DNA from: an uncultured delta proteobacterium
GTDB lineage: Bacteria > Desulfobacterota > Desulfomonilia > UBA1062
Assembly (NCBI GenBank): GCA_963847605.1
Contig: CAWKAM010000043.1
Span: 7,636-71,635 of the forward strand
Reading direction: 5' to 3'
Length of the DNA stretch: 64,000 nt
Part shown: in pieces, positions 19,571-28,951 of the stretch
Position numbering within the stretch: position 1 is the first letter of the stretch
How the letters are laid out: every line of letters starts with the position of its first letter
The notes under the pieces: model-generated
Seen by the model: the letters and a program-made list of their open reading frames with translations, nothing else
Database searches by the model: none
Told to the model about the DNA's origin: nothing
Made by a program: the position numbers and the translations under genes

Positions 19571-20224
19571 ATGAAAAGCGACAGATACCTCATTGATCAG
19601 ATCAAACCCCAGGAATCCTGGAGGGTCTTCCGTGTCATGGCAGAGTTCGTGGACGGCATCGAGCAGCTGTCCCCGCTGGAACCTGCCGTTACCATATTCG
19701 GCTCAGCCCGGTCAAAGCCCGGTGACAAGTACTATACCATGGCCGAAGAGCTAGGCCGGATGCTGGCCAATGAAGGGTTCTCGGTGATCACCGGAGGAGG
19801 ACCCGGCATTATGGAGGCGGTAAACAAGGGTGCCTTTGAAGCCGGAGGCCAGTCAGTAGGCCTCAATATCGTGCTGCCCTTTGAACAGAAGCTCAACCCC
19901 TACACCACCATTCACATCAACTTCAGATATTTTTTCGTGCGCAAGGTCATGTTCGTGAAGTACGCCATGAGCTATGTCATCTTCCCGGGCGGTTTCGGGA
20001 CCATGGACGAGCTCTTTGAGGCCCTCACCCTTATTCAGACCGACAAGCTCAAGCCCTTCCCGGTGATCATGATCGGCTCCGAATACTGGGCCGGCCTTCT
20101 CGAATGGATCAACGACACTATGCTCAAAGAGGGCATGATCCTGACCGAGGACAGATCCATCTTCACCCTGGTGGACTCCCCGAACGACGCTGTGGAGATC
20201 ATCAAGAATTCTAAAGTGTATTAA
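19571..20224 (+). CDS. LOG-family (TIGR00730-type) nucleotide phosphoribohydrolase
   Basis: The motifs ITGGGPGIMEA and PGGFGTMDELFE are present. ATG at 19571 is preceded by AAGGAG. The track ORF starts further upstream, inside the divergent PHP gene. Confidence 0.85.
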   Translation: MKSDRYLIDQIKPQESWRVFRVMAEFVDGIEQLSPLEPAVTIFGSARSKPGDKYYTMAEELGRMLANEGFSVITGGGPGIMEAVNKGAFEAGGQSVGLNIVLPFEQKLNPYTTIHINFRYFFVRKVMFVKYAMSYVIFPGGFGTMDELFEALTLIQTDKLKPFPVIMIGSEYWAGLLEWINDTMLKEGMILTEDRSIFTLVDSPNDAVEIIKNSKVY

Positions 20225-20292
20225 TGCTTGCAACTCAATGAACTTAGCTACCGCGAGGAATTCACGATAATGATTTTTTGGGTCCATGAGGC

Positions 20293-21102
20293 TCAGTTTT
20301 TCCCGGACATGCTCTCCGCCCTTTTATAAGCTGCAGTGACCGCATCGATAACAGCCGAGCGGAACCCCTTGGACTCCAGGACTGCAATACCCTCAATGGT
20401 CGTTCCGGAGGGAGAGGTCACCATATCCTTGAGCTGACCGGGATGTCTTCCAAGTTCCAGGACCATGGATGCCGCACCCCGCATGGTAGCAGCTGCGAGG
20501 CGCAAGGACACATCCCTCGGCAGCCCGGCCTTCACGGCCCCGTCGGATAGTGCCTCCATGAACAGAAAACAGAATGCTGGGCCTGACCCTGAAAGGGCAG
20601 TGACGGCATTGATAAATTTTTCTTCCATGTGAACACACATGCCCACTGCGGAGAATATGGCATGCGCAGTCTGTTCGTCATGTTCCGTGCACGATGGAGA
20701 TGGTGCAAAGACCGACGCCCCTTCCAGCACGAGAGAAGGGGTGTTGGGCATGACCCTCACGATCCTGGCCTCTTCTCCAAGCACATCGAGCATGCTGTTC
20801 AGGGTTATACCCGCGGCAATGCTGATGACGAACTTCTTGGCAAGAACACCCTTGATTTCTTTCATCAGCGGCAGGATCTGATCGGGTTTGACTGCAAAGA
20901 TGACGACATCCCGTGAACGAGCCAAATCCTGAGCCGAAGAGGCTCCATCGACTCCGAAGGACGACCTCAGATAGTCCATGCGGTCCGGTTTGATATCGAA
21001 CACACTGATATCATGGGGTGCTATCAATGCTTTCCTGATCAGACCGGAAATGATCGCCTCCGCCATATTACCTGCACCGATGAAGCCGAGTGGTTTCATC
21101 AC
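20293..21102 (-). CDS. proC: pyrroline-5-carboxylate reductase
   Basis: The N-terminal Rossmann motif is LGFIGAGNMAEAII, and the C-terminal signature is MVTSPSGTTIEG. Confidence 0.9.
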   Translation of the reverse strand: MMKPLGFIGAGNMAEAIISGLIRKALIAPHDISVFDIKPDRMDYLRSSFGVDGASSAQDLARSRDVVIFAVKPDQILPLMKEIKGVLAKKFVISIAAGITLNSMLDVLGEEARIVRVMPNTPSLVLEGASVFAPSPSCTEHDEQTAHAIFSAVGMCVHMEEKFINAVTALSGSGPAFCFLFMEALSDGAVKAGLPRDVSLRLAAATMRGAASMVLELGRHPGQLKDMVTSPSGTTIEGIAVLESKGFRSAVIDAVTAAYKRAESMSGKN

Positions 21103-21226
21103 ACCCCCTTACCATGTACTTGATGCATCATAGGATTGCCATAGTATACATGCTTACGTCAACCTTCGGATCCGCCCAAGAAAATATGTAAACTTCTCCT
21201 TAAAAATATCCGATACTTATTACTAT

Positions 21227-22126
21227 ATGGACCGTTCAAAATACTTTAAAAAAATTCAAGGTGTTTTCTTCGAAGAATCCACCATCACCTTGGGGACCGG
21301 TCACACACAGAAGACACAGAAGGTGAAGAACTACTGCCAGGCAGATCAGATCGATGAAGAGAAGGTCAAGCTCACCTTCCTGGGAAATGAGGGAAAGCCT
21401 ACCGGCATTGTCATCGAGATCGCCTGCGATGAGTTCCTGAAACGATATACCCTTGACCCCAACTACCGGGTAAAGACCAAGGATGAGGCGGAACGGGACA
21501 GGCATATAGCCATTGCCGAAAAGCAAAGGGTGCGCGGAGAGCACTACTCTGCCGAGTTTGAGTACACGAATGCCCTGAAGATCGACCCTGAAAGTGTCCG
21601 GGCCAACTTCGGCATCGGGACCTTATATATGGAGATGGGTGATACCGGCAAGGCCAAAGAGGTCTTCCAGAAGCTCTCGGAGATCGAGGCGGTGTTTGAA
21701 GAAGAGAATAAGCACATCTTCAACGAGTTCGGTATCGAGCTGAGAAAGGCCGACATGATTGATGAGGCATATGCCAACTACCAGAAGGCCATCACCATCT
21801 CGCCGCAAGATGAGCATCTCTATTTCAATGTGGCCCGGATTCATTATGATAAAAAAGAATGGGACAATGCCCTCCAATGGCTGCAAAAGGCCCTTGAGAT
21901 CAACCCCCACTTCAGGGACGCCCAGATCTTCGAAGCACTCATCATTAAGGAGATGAAGGAACAGGGTATTACCCCGGACACCATTAAGGAAGAATCCGGG
22001 AAAGCCGCCATGTCTGGGGAATCACCCGATGGAGAAGAGGGTGAACCTGATGCCGGTACGAAGGAAAAACCTCCCGTTGAAGTGAAGAAGAGCGCTCCCC
22101 ATCAGAGACAGCCGGTAAAGCAATAG
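21227..22126 (+). CDS. tetratricopeptide-repeat protein
   Basis: Several TPR-like units are present (AEFEYTNALKIDPESVRANFGIGTLYMEMGD, AYANYQKAITISPQD, WLQKALEINPHF). The tail is acidic and Pro-rich. Confidence 0.7.
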   Translation: MDRSKYFKKIQGVFFEESTITLGTGHTQKTQKVKNYCQADQIDEEKVKLTFLGNEGKPTGIVIEIACDEFLKRYTLDPNYRVKTKDEAERDRHIAIAEKQRVRGEHYSAEFEYTNALKIDPESVRANFGIGTLYMEMGDTGKAKEVFQKLSEIEAVFEEENKHIFNEFGIELRKADMIDEAYANYQKAITISPQDEHLYFNVARIHYDKKEWDNALQWLQKALEINPHFRDAQIFEALIIKEMKEQGITPDTIKEESGKAAMSGESPDGEEGEPDAGTKEKPPVEVKKSAPHQRQPVKQ

Positions 22127-22190
22127 CCCATATACCACCATTGCTCACCTTCTTATCATGACATGTTCCTATATGACTTTGTACCGGCCT

Positions 22191-22808
22191 CTATCCTTTA
22201 GCCTTCGTGGCCTCCTCTTTGAGCCGGACATAGGCAATCTCCACCTGTTTGCGGGTCTCGTCTTTTGATGCGCTGTTGTCGATAAGCAGGCTTGCATAGC
22301 GGCGCTTCTCTTCGATTGATATCTGGGCGCGGACTCTTTTGAGGGCCTCTTCCTTGCTGATCTTGTCCCTGACCATGAGCCGCGTGATCTGCATATTCAA
22401 AGGGCAGTATACCACGATGACCTCACTTAAGCCCTTGTGCATGCCCGTCTCGATGAGCAGCGGCACATCGAGAATGACCACCGCATCCGGGAAGCCGACC
22501 TTGATGGAGCTGATCCGCTCATCCATGGCCCTTATGACCTCGGGGTGGACGGCCTCTTCGAGCATCCTGCGCATGGCCGCATCGTTGAACACCAACCGCC
22601 CCAGGTGCTCCCTGTCGATCTCACCGGTCTTCTGAAGGATGTCCTTGCCGAAGATCTCAATGATCTTGTCCCAGGCTCTCATGCCGGGGGCCACCACCTC
22701 GCGGGCCGAAGCATCTGCATCGACGATGAATGCACCAAGGTCCTTGAGGATGAAAGAGACCGTGGATTTCCCGGTGGCTATCGAGCCTGTAAGCCCGGCA
22801 ACGAGCAT
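22191..22808 (-). CDS. coaE: dephospho-CoA kinase
   Basis: The P-loop is GLTGSIATGKST, and the length and motif order match CoaE. Confidence 0.9.
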   Translation of the reverse strand: MLVAGLTGSIATGKSTVSFILKDLGAFIVDADASAREVVAPGMRAWDKIIEIFGKDILQKTGEIDREHLGRLVFNDAAMRRMLEEAVHPEVIRAMDERISSIKVGFPDAVVILDVPLLIETGMHKGLSEVIVVYCPLNMQITRLMVRDKISKEEALKRVRAQISIEEKRRYASLLIDNSASKDETRKQVEIAYVRLKEEATKAKG

Positions 22809-23476
22809 GACTCCCCCCCGATGAGCGAGATGTTCCTGCCGGTATGCTCACCTTCCCTCCGGTAGGAAAAAAATGTTTCCCTGGTGCAGCACGTGCAGGA
22901 CTGCACATGGTGAATCATATCCGGTGACATGCCCGTGTTTTGCGCCTGCAGGGTTGCGATGCGGTGAAGGTCCACAGAGAGCCTCCCATCCAGGGTATGG
23001 TCGGGATCAGCTTGAAGGGCGTTGATGACCTCCCGGCCCACTGCATAACAGCATGGTCCGATGGCAGGCCCCATACTCACGTGGATCTCATGCGCGCCGC
23101 TGGCGCGCATGAGATTAACCGCCTTGGTGACGATCTTTTGTGCCAGACCCCTCCAGCCTGCATGCACGGCCGCGATCACAGGGCTGTCATCGGCCCACAT
23201 AAGGATCGGAACGCAATCGGCAGTACGGACACATAAAACAAAACTTCCGTCATAGGAAATGACCCCATCCGCCTCAGGGAATACACCAGGGGCTACATCC
23301 TCGGCCCGGATAATCCTGTCGGAGTGGATCTGCTGAAGACAGATGATACGGCTGCCGGGCAGGAGCTCCCTGAGCCTCCCTGCCACAGACCCCGGGCTCC
23401 TGTCCAGGTCTTTTGTCACCTCTTTTGTGCAGAATACCCCTTGCATATAATGAGCTATAGCGTACAAGGCCGTCAT
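22778..23476 (-). CDS. pgeF: peptidoglycan editing factor PgeF (YfiH / laccase-domain, DUF152)
   Basis: The protein carries RTADCVPIL, HAGWRG and the CTCC...FSYRR C-terminal pattern. Confidence 0.85.
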   Translation of the reverse strand: MTALYAIAHYMQGVFCTKEVTKDLDRSPGSVAGRLRELLPGSRIICLQQIHSDRIIRAEDVAPGVFPEADGVISYDGSFVLCVRTADCVPILMWADDSPVIAAVHAGWRGLAQKIVTKAVNLMRASGAHEIHVSMGPAIGPCCYAVGREVINALQADPDHTLDGRLSVDLHRIATLQAQNTGMSPDMIHHVQSCTCCTRETFFSYRREGEHTGRNISLIGGESCSLPGLQAR

Positions 23477-23539
23477 CTGACAAGGAGAAGCCTTGTGCTT
23501 CCATCCTGTAGGGTCTATCCGGCTTAAGGCTTTTGTTGC

Positions 23540-23568
23540 TTGACAATGACCTACCCTGCATGTAAATA
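23540..23568 (+). promoter_or_regulatory. sigma-70-like promoter upstream of rpmH
   Basis: TTGACA (23540..23545), a 17-nt spacer and TAAATA (23563..23568) lie 37 nt upstream of the rpmH ATG. Confidence 0.4.
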
Positions 23569-23604
23569 CTTACCGCTCAAAACTATTTGAATTTGAGGTA
23601 ATTC

Positions 23605-23739
23605 ATGAAGCGCACATTTCAACCGCACAATACAAGGCGGAAACGTACGCACGGATTTCTGGTTCGTATGCGCACCAAAGGCGGCAGGCTGGTCATCAAC
23701 CGGAGGAGGGCCAAGGGACGGAAACGTCTGTCGGTCTGA
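23605..23739 (+). CDS. rpmH: 50S ribosomal protein L34
   Basis: This gene is not in the ORF track because it is too short. My own translation is [44 protein letters not shown], a canonical L34 sequence. Confidence 0.95.
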   Translation: MKRTFQPHNTRRKRTHGFLVRMRTKGGRLVINRRRAKGRKRLSV

Positions 23740-24107
23740 TGCCAGACGAGACATTCCCCCGAATAGAGCGGCTGAGGAAACGGATTGATTTCAAAAGGGC
23801 TGAAAAGAACAAGGTTGCACGTCTGGTCACCAAACACCTGGTCATCCTTGCTGCTCCAAACGAATGCACCCATGCCCGCATCGGTATTACCGCAAGCAGG
23901 AAGATCGGCGGTGCTGTTATAAGAAACAGGATAAAAAGGCTCTTGCGAGAAATTTACAGAAGAAACAAGCATCTGTTTCCTCAAGGCCATGATTATATCC
24001 TGATCGCAAAAAACGACATGACGGATATTACATACCAAGACCTGCTTCAGGAGATAGCAAGGGCTATTGGATCACACACATGGGAAAAGCAATACTCATT
24101 GAACTGA
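23739..24107 (+). CDS. rnpA: ribonuclease P protein component
   Basis: The start overlaps the rpmH stop (TGATG). The protein is basic, carries the RNR-like motif IGGAVIRNRIKRLLRE, and follows rpmH in the conserved gene order. Confidence 0.85.
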   Translation: MPDETFPRIERLRKRIDFKRAEKNKVARLVTKHLVILAAPNECTHARIGITASRKIGGAVIRNRIKRLLREIYRRNKHLFPQGHDYILIAKNDMTDITYQDLLQEIARAIGSHTWEKQYSLN

Positions 24108-24289
24108 TACGCCTCTACCAGAAGGCCGTCTCGCCGATGCTCACGCCCTCATGCAGATTTCACCCGAGCTGCTCTGAGTATGCAGCCCAGGCCATAGAGA
24201 AGTACGGTACGGCACGAGGCCTCCTGAAAGCGGCATGGAGAGTGCTTCGCTGCAACCCGTTTCACAAAGGCGGATTCGATCCCGTATAA
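24080..24289 (+). CDS. yidD: membrane protein insertion efficiency factor YidD
   Basis: The sequence LIRLYQKAVSP...CRFHPSCSEYA...RCNPFHKGGFDPV is present. Confidence 0.9.
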   Translation: MGKAILIELIRLYQKAVSPMLTPSCRFHPSCSEYAAQAIEKYGTARGLLKAAWRVLRCNPFHKGGFDPV

Positions 24290-24313
24290 TACTCATCCGG
24301 AGATGAAGACAAG

Positions 24314-25900
24314 ATGGAAAAGAGGACCCTGCTTGCCATAGTTTTATCAATGGCCATTCTGTTTGTCTGGGGTATTGTATTTGACCAAACAAAAATAAAA
24401 GGCACACCACAGCCAAAACAGAAGACCGTAACCGTCACACCGAGCCAGCCGGCAAAACCCATGAATGTTGCATCCCCTGCTGCAACGCCTCAGTCAAACA
24501 TCAAGTCGGCAAGCTCTGTTGTTGTGGAAACGCCCCTGTATACGGCCACATTCACCACCAAAGGCGCCCAGCTCGTCTCTCTGAAATTGAAAAAATACTC
24601 CACCACCATGGATAAAGATGCAAAGCCGGTGGAGCTCTTAAAGGCTCCTATGCCCACACTCCTGCTGAATGGCGGCTTTTCGGATGCGGGCCTTATGTAT
24701 GAATCCTCCCAACAGGGCACCGTCACTATGGCCGATACACCACTGGCAATCGAGTTCCGTACGGAGGCTTCAGCGGGTATCACATTAAAGAAGATTTTTT
24801 CCATAGACCCCAAGACCTATCTGCTGGGATACCAGGCCGTTATCGAAAATCACACCGCCGCTCCTGTGTCCGCCTCGGGAGAGATCCTGTTCAATAATAC
24901 CTATCCCCTGGATGAAAAACGAAGCGGTTACGCCTTTGAAGGCCCGGTCCTGCTGAATGACAAGCACCTTGAGGAATTCAAGTTGGACAAGGTCAAGAAT
25001 GTCGGAAGTTATAGGGATTTCACCGGAGAGGTCAAATGGTTCGGGTTTGAGGACAAGTATTTCCTCCAGGCCATCATCCCCAAGGCCGCATCAAGCACCA
25101 CGCTCACTCTCAAGCGTACCGATGAAAAGACTGTTGAGATCCACTATGCCTTTGCACCTGCGACTATTCAGGCCGGATCTGCTCTCATCAAGGATAATCT
25201 CATATTCATAGGCCCCAAGCAGCTGAAAACTTTGGAGTCTGCGGGCTATGACTTGAACAAGGCGTTGGATTTCGGCTTCTTCGACATCATCGCCAAGCCC
25301 CTGCTCATCGCCATGAACTGGATTTATAAATACGTGGGGAGTTTCGGGTGGACCATTATCATCCTGACAATCATCATCAAGATCGTGCTCTATCCGTTGA
25401 CCCTCAAGAGCTTCACCTCTATGAAGGAGCTCCAGAAGATCCAGCCGCTCATGAAGGAGATCCAGCAACAATACAAGGATGACAAGCAGAAGATGAATCA
25501 GGAGCTCATGCGGCTCTATCAGGAACACAAGATAAATCCCATGGGCGGCTGCCTACCCATGCTCCTGCAGATCCCTATCCTCTTTGCCCTCTACCGGGTT
25601 TTTTACCAGGCCATAGAGCTCAGACACACTCCCTTCCACATCGTCGGGACCTACCTGCCTGATCTCTCTGCTATGGATCCGTACTTCATCACCCCCATCC
25701 TCATGGGTGGCAGCCAGTTCGTTATGCAGAAAATGACACCGACTACCGGTGACCCCACCCAGCAGAAGGTCATGCTCTTCATGCCCGTGGTCTTCACCTT
25801 CCTGTTCCTGAAATTCCCATCCGGCCTTGTCATCTACTGGCTTGTGAGCAATATCCTCTCAATTGCCCAGCAGGCCTATATAAACAGGAAGCACGTTTAG
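24314..25900 (+). CDS. yidC: membrane protein insertase YidC
   Basis: An N-terminal TM segment is followed by a large periplasmic domain. The 60-kDa insertase core includes PLTLKSFTSMKELQKIQPLMKEIQQQYKDD and GCLPMLLQIPILFALY. Confidence 0.95.
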   Translation: MEKRTLLAIVLSMAILFVWGIVFDQTKIKGTPQPKQKTVTVTPSQPAKPMNVASPAATPQSNIKSASSVVVETPLYTATFTTKGAQLVSLKLKKYSTTMDKDAKPVELLKAPMPTLLLNGGFSDAGLMYESSQQGTVTMADTPLAIEFRTEASAGITLKKIFSIDPKTYLLGYQAVIENHTAAPVSASGEILFNNTYPLDEKRSGYAFEGPVLLNDKHLEEFKLDKVKNVGSYRDFTGEVKWFGFEDKYFLQAIIPKAASSTTLTLKRTDEKTVEIHYAFAPATIQAGSALIKDNLIFIGPKQLKTLESAGYDLNKALDFGFFDIIAKPLLIAMNWIYKYVGSFGWTIIILTIIIKIVLYPLTLKSFTSMKELQKIQPLMKEIQQQYKDDKQKMNQELMRLYQEHKINPMGGCLPMLLQIPILFALYRVFYQAIELRHTPFHIVGTYLPDLSAMDPYFITPILMGGSQFVMQKMTPTTGDPTQQKVMLFMPVVFTFLFLKFPSGLVIYWLVSNILSIAQQAYINRKHV

Positions 25901-25909
25901 GAGAGAAGA

Positions 25910-26644
25910 ATGGATCAGGACTATAAAGAATTTGAAGCCAAGACCGTGGATGAGGCCATCATCCTCGCCATGAAAACTTTTCATGCCGATTTCGAAGACC
26001 TCGACATCAAGGTCCTTTCCGAAGGCTCCAAGGGACTGTTTGGCCTCGTAGGGACAAAGACGGCAAAGATAATGGCCAGGCGAGCAAAGGCCGGACCAAA
26101 ACAGACCTCGACCATCACAGAAGATAAGACAACTCCTGCCGCTGTATCTGAACCGAAGCCGGCGCCACGTACCGAGGCACAAACACCTACACCGGATGTC
26201 CTCCTTGAGGCAAAGGAGATCATCAGCACGCTCTTAAATTTCATGAATATGCCCTGCGAGATCAAAATCCGCGAAGAGGGTATCCTTGAGATTATAGGTG
26301 ACGGCTCAGGGCTGATCATCGGAAAGCGCGGGCAGACACTCGATTCACTGCAGTTCCTTCTTAACCGGATCGTGAACAAGTTAAGGCAGGAACCTATTTA
26401 TATCACATTGGATACGGAAGGGTACCGCCAAAGGCACGTGAACCATCTCAAGTCCATGGCCCTGAAAATGGGGCAAAAGGCAAGACGCACAGGCCAGTCC
26501 ATCTCTTTGGAAAAGATGAACCCTTATGACCGCAGGATCATCCACCTTGCCCTCAAGAACGAGAACGGGCTCAATACCAAGAGTATCGGCGAGGGCATCT
26601 ATAAAAAAGTGGTAATCGTACCGAGGAAGGCATCGAGACAGTAA
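25910..26644 (+). CDS. jag: Jag/KhpB RNA-binding protein (Jag_N, KH and R3H domains)
   Basis: It lies after yidC. A KH-like motif (IIGKRGQTLDSLQFL) and an R3H-like motif (MNPYDRRIIHLAL) are present. Confidence 0.85.
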   Translation: MDQDYKEFEAKTVDEAIILAMKTFHADFEDLDIKVLSEGSKGLFGLVGTKTAKIMARRAKAGPKQTSTITEDKTTPAAVSEPKPAPRTEAQTPTPDVLLEAKEIISTLLNFMNMPCEIKIREEGILEIIGDGSGLIIGKRGQTLDSLQFLLNRIVNKLRQEPIYITLDTEGYRQRHVNHLKSMALKMGQKARRTGQSISLEKMNPYDRRIIHLALKNENGLNTKSIGEGIYKKVVIVPRKASRQ

Positions 26645-26824
26645 CGGACACTATCTATGCCGAGTCGACCCCCAGAGGTCACGGCGCCATGAGCATCATC
26701 CGCATAAGCGGGGTGCATACCCTCGATATCATTAAAAGGATCAGCTCACGGCCCAATCCGGCAGCCCCATACCCAAGCCTTTGCAATCATCAATAATCAT
26801 GAAGGCGGCATCATAGACCAGGTT

Positions 26825-27955
26825 ATGATGGCGTTCCATCCCGGCCCCAACTCCTATACCGGAGAGAATCTTGCTGAGATCAGCTGTCACGGCAACCCGC
26901 TGGTGGTGGACAGGATTATGGAGACAATCGCATTGACCGGTCTCGCCCGCCTTGCACACAAGGGGGAGTTCACCAGAAGGGCATTTCTGAACAACAAGAT
27001 AGACCTCCTCCAGGCCGAGGCCGTAGGCGCATTGATAGGATCTTCAAGTTCTGCAGGCTGCGAGATGGCTCATGCCCTTCTGAAAGGTGAGCTCTCGGAG
27101 CGGATAAAGGCCCTCATCACGGATCTTATGGGTATCCTTGCCGACATTGAGGCCTCCTTCATCACCGATGACTCATCAATCCGACCCGATGAGCTGTTTC
27201 AGAGACTTGAGGACGCCACCTCCCGGACCAAGGGGCTTCTCAAGGACGCTAACCAGGCCAAAGGGGTTTATAAAGGGATCGTTACAACCATTGCAGGGCT
27301 TCCAAACGTGGGCAAGTCCTCCCTCTTCAATGCTATTCTCGGATACGACAGGGCTATTGTCCATCATGAGGAGGGAACGACCCGGGATGTGATCAGGGAG
27401 CACCTGAGCCTGGGCGGGATCGATTTCGTCTTCCACGACACCGCCGGCATCAGGGAAACCGCATCAGGTCCTGAACAGATAGGCGTGGAAAAGACTATTG
27501 AGACATTGAAGGGTTCAGACCTTGTCCTGTATGTAGTGGATGTCCGGGAAGGAATCAAACCCCAGGAAAGACACATGCTCTCATTGGCAGACAAGACAAT
27601 CGTGGTGATGAACAAGGTCGATCTCATCAAAGACACCCTTAAGCCTTTAGAGGGATATGATACCGTAGCCGTCTCGGCAAAATTCGGACACGGCATTGAT
27701 GACCTTTTATCCGCTATGCGGCAGGCATTCCCCCATGACCAGCCTTTGGTGTTTCTGGACAGGCACGCGCATCTGCTTGGCAAGACTCTTGAGAGCCTTG
27801 TGTCATGCTCAAAGGCCATTGCGGACGGTTTCACCGCAGACGTGCTCACCATTGATCTGAAACAGGCCGTAGAGTATCTCAGACAAATGATGGGTGAGGC
27901 TGTTGACGAGGATATCCTTGAGAGGATCTTCTCAAGTTTCTGCATCGGCAAATGA
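26825..27955 (+). CDS. mnmE: tRNA modification GTPase MnmE (5' end disrupted: the first ~60 codons lie in another frame, see findings)
   Basis: The protein carries PNSYTGENLAEISCHGNP, the G-domain motifs GLPNVGKSSLFNA, DTAG and NKVD, and the C-terminal FCIGK. The upstream frame encodes DTIYAESTPRGHGAMSIIRISG. Confidence 0.9.
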   Translation: MMAFHPGPNSYTGENLAEISCHGNPLVVDRIMETIALTGLARLAHKGEFTRRAFLNNKIDLLQAEAVGALIGSSSSAGCEMAHALLKGELSERIKALITDLMGILADIEASFITDDSSIRPDELFQRLEDATSRTKGLLKDANQAKGVYKGIVTTIAGLPNVGKSSLFNAILGYDRAIVHHEEGTTRDVIREHLSLGGIDFVFHDTAGIRETASGPEQIGVEKTIETLKGSDLVLYVVDVREGIKPQERHMLSLADKTIVVMNKVDLIKDTLKPLEGYDTVAVSAKFGHGIDDLLSAMRQAFPHDQPLVFLDRHAHLLGKTLESLVSCSKAIADGFTADVLTIDLKQAVEYLRQMMGEAVDEDILERIFSSFCIGK

Positions 27956-28494
27956 TGGACGACAATCTCATAACATGGATTCATGAGCTGAGGCGGTTCA
28001 ACGGCAAGCTCCATCTCATGGGGCCGGCCATGCTGGACGGCATCGAGCAGGAGCTTGAAGTCATGCTGCCGCTGCTGATGCGCATACATGAGCCTGTGCT
28101 TGCCGATCTCGGCTCAGGGTCGGGCCTGCCTTCAATCCCCTACAAGATCCTCCACCCGGACTCACACCTCTACCTGATTGAGCGCAGTGTTAAAAAATGC
28201 ACTTTCCTGCGTCATGTCATTGAGATACTCAGGTTGGAGGGAGTGGAGATCATCTCACGAGACCCCCTGCATGAATATATCGGGCGGTTTGATGCCGTGC
28301 TTGCCCGATCGTTCTCACCATTATCGACACTGACAGATGTCTGCCTCAAAATCCTTAAGCCAAACGGGAGACTTTATTACCTCTTCACCGGCAGCACACC
28401 TGAATTGGCCCAAGACTTTCAGCCAGAGAACGTTATTTCGCATACGTGCGCAGGTTTTTCTCTGAACCTTGCAATCTTCAATCACCTTCCCTGA
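27952..28494 (+). CDS. rsmG: 16S rRNA (guanine527-N7)-methyltransferase RsmG
   Basis: The SAM-binding motif is LADLGSGSGLPSIP. The start overlaps the mnmE stop (ATGA), and the gene order is conserved. Confidence 0.85.
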   Translation: MMDDNLITWIHELRRFNGKLHLMGPAMLDGIEQELEVMLPLLMRIHEPVLADLGSGSGLPSIPYKILHPDSHLYLIERSVKKCTFLRHVIEILRLEGVEIISRDPLHEYIGRFDAVLARSFSPLSTLTDVCLKILKPNGRLYYLFTGSTPELAQDFQPENVISHTCAGFSLNLAIFNHLP

Positions 28495-28933
28495 TGATGG
28501 GTATCTTCCTCGAAGCGCTCACCGTAGGCTTCGGTAAGACCACCTGCAACACCCCTGCATGATAGCTCGCTTCGACGGCATCAAGTTCAACGACTTCCGG
28601 CAAGGTAAAGGACCTCTTAAAAAACCCGTATTGCCGCTCGATAGCATGGAAGTTTTCTGCCGTCTCTTCATGTTCAAAGGGTTTCCTGCCACTGATAGTG
28701 AGCACCCCATCGGTGATATCGAGCGTAATATCCTCGCGTCTCACCCCGGGCAGCTCGGCCTTGAGTGTCAGAGATACATCATCCTCGAAGATATCCACAT
28801 AAGGTATCCATTGACCCGGACTACGGGAAATGCCGGTGTCCCTCAGATTCTCCTCAAAAACCCTGTTCATCCTTTCCTGAAGCATCAGGAGATCTTCTCC
28901 AGTCGGTGCCTTCTTGTAGTTCTGTATCGCCAT
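28478..28933 (-). CDS. Hsp20/alpha-crystallin family small heat-shock protein
   Basis: The alpha-crystallin domain includes VDIFEDDVSLTLKAELPGV and GVLQVVLPK. Confidence 0.9.
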   Translation of the reverse strand: MAIQNYKKAPTGEDLLMLQERMNRVFEENLRDTGISRSPGQWIPYVDIFEDDVSLTLKAELPGVRREDITLDITDGVLTISGRKPFEHEETAENFHAIERQYGFFKRSFTLPEVVELDAVEASYHAGVLQVVLPKPTVSASRKIPIIREGD

Positions 28934-28951
28934 GGAATTACCCCCTGGTCT

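Noticed and set aside
28791-28799. ATATCCACA is an 8/9 match to the DnaA box TTATCCACA.
   Set aside because: It is a single copy, lies inside the Hsp20 coding sequence and is not clustered with other boxes or an AT-rich unwinding element.
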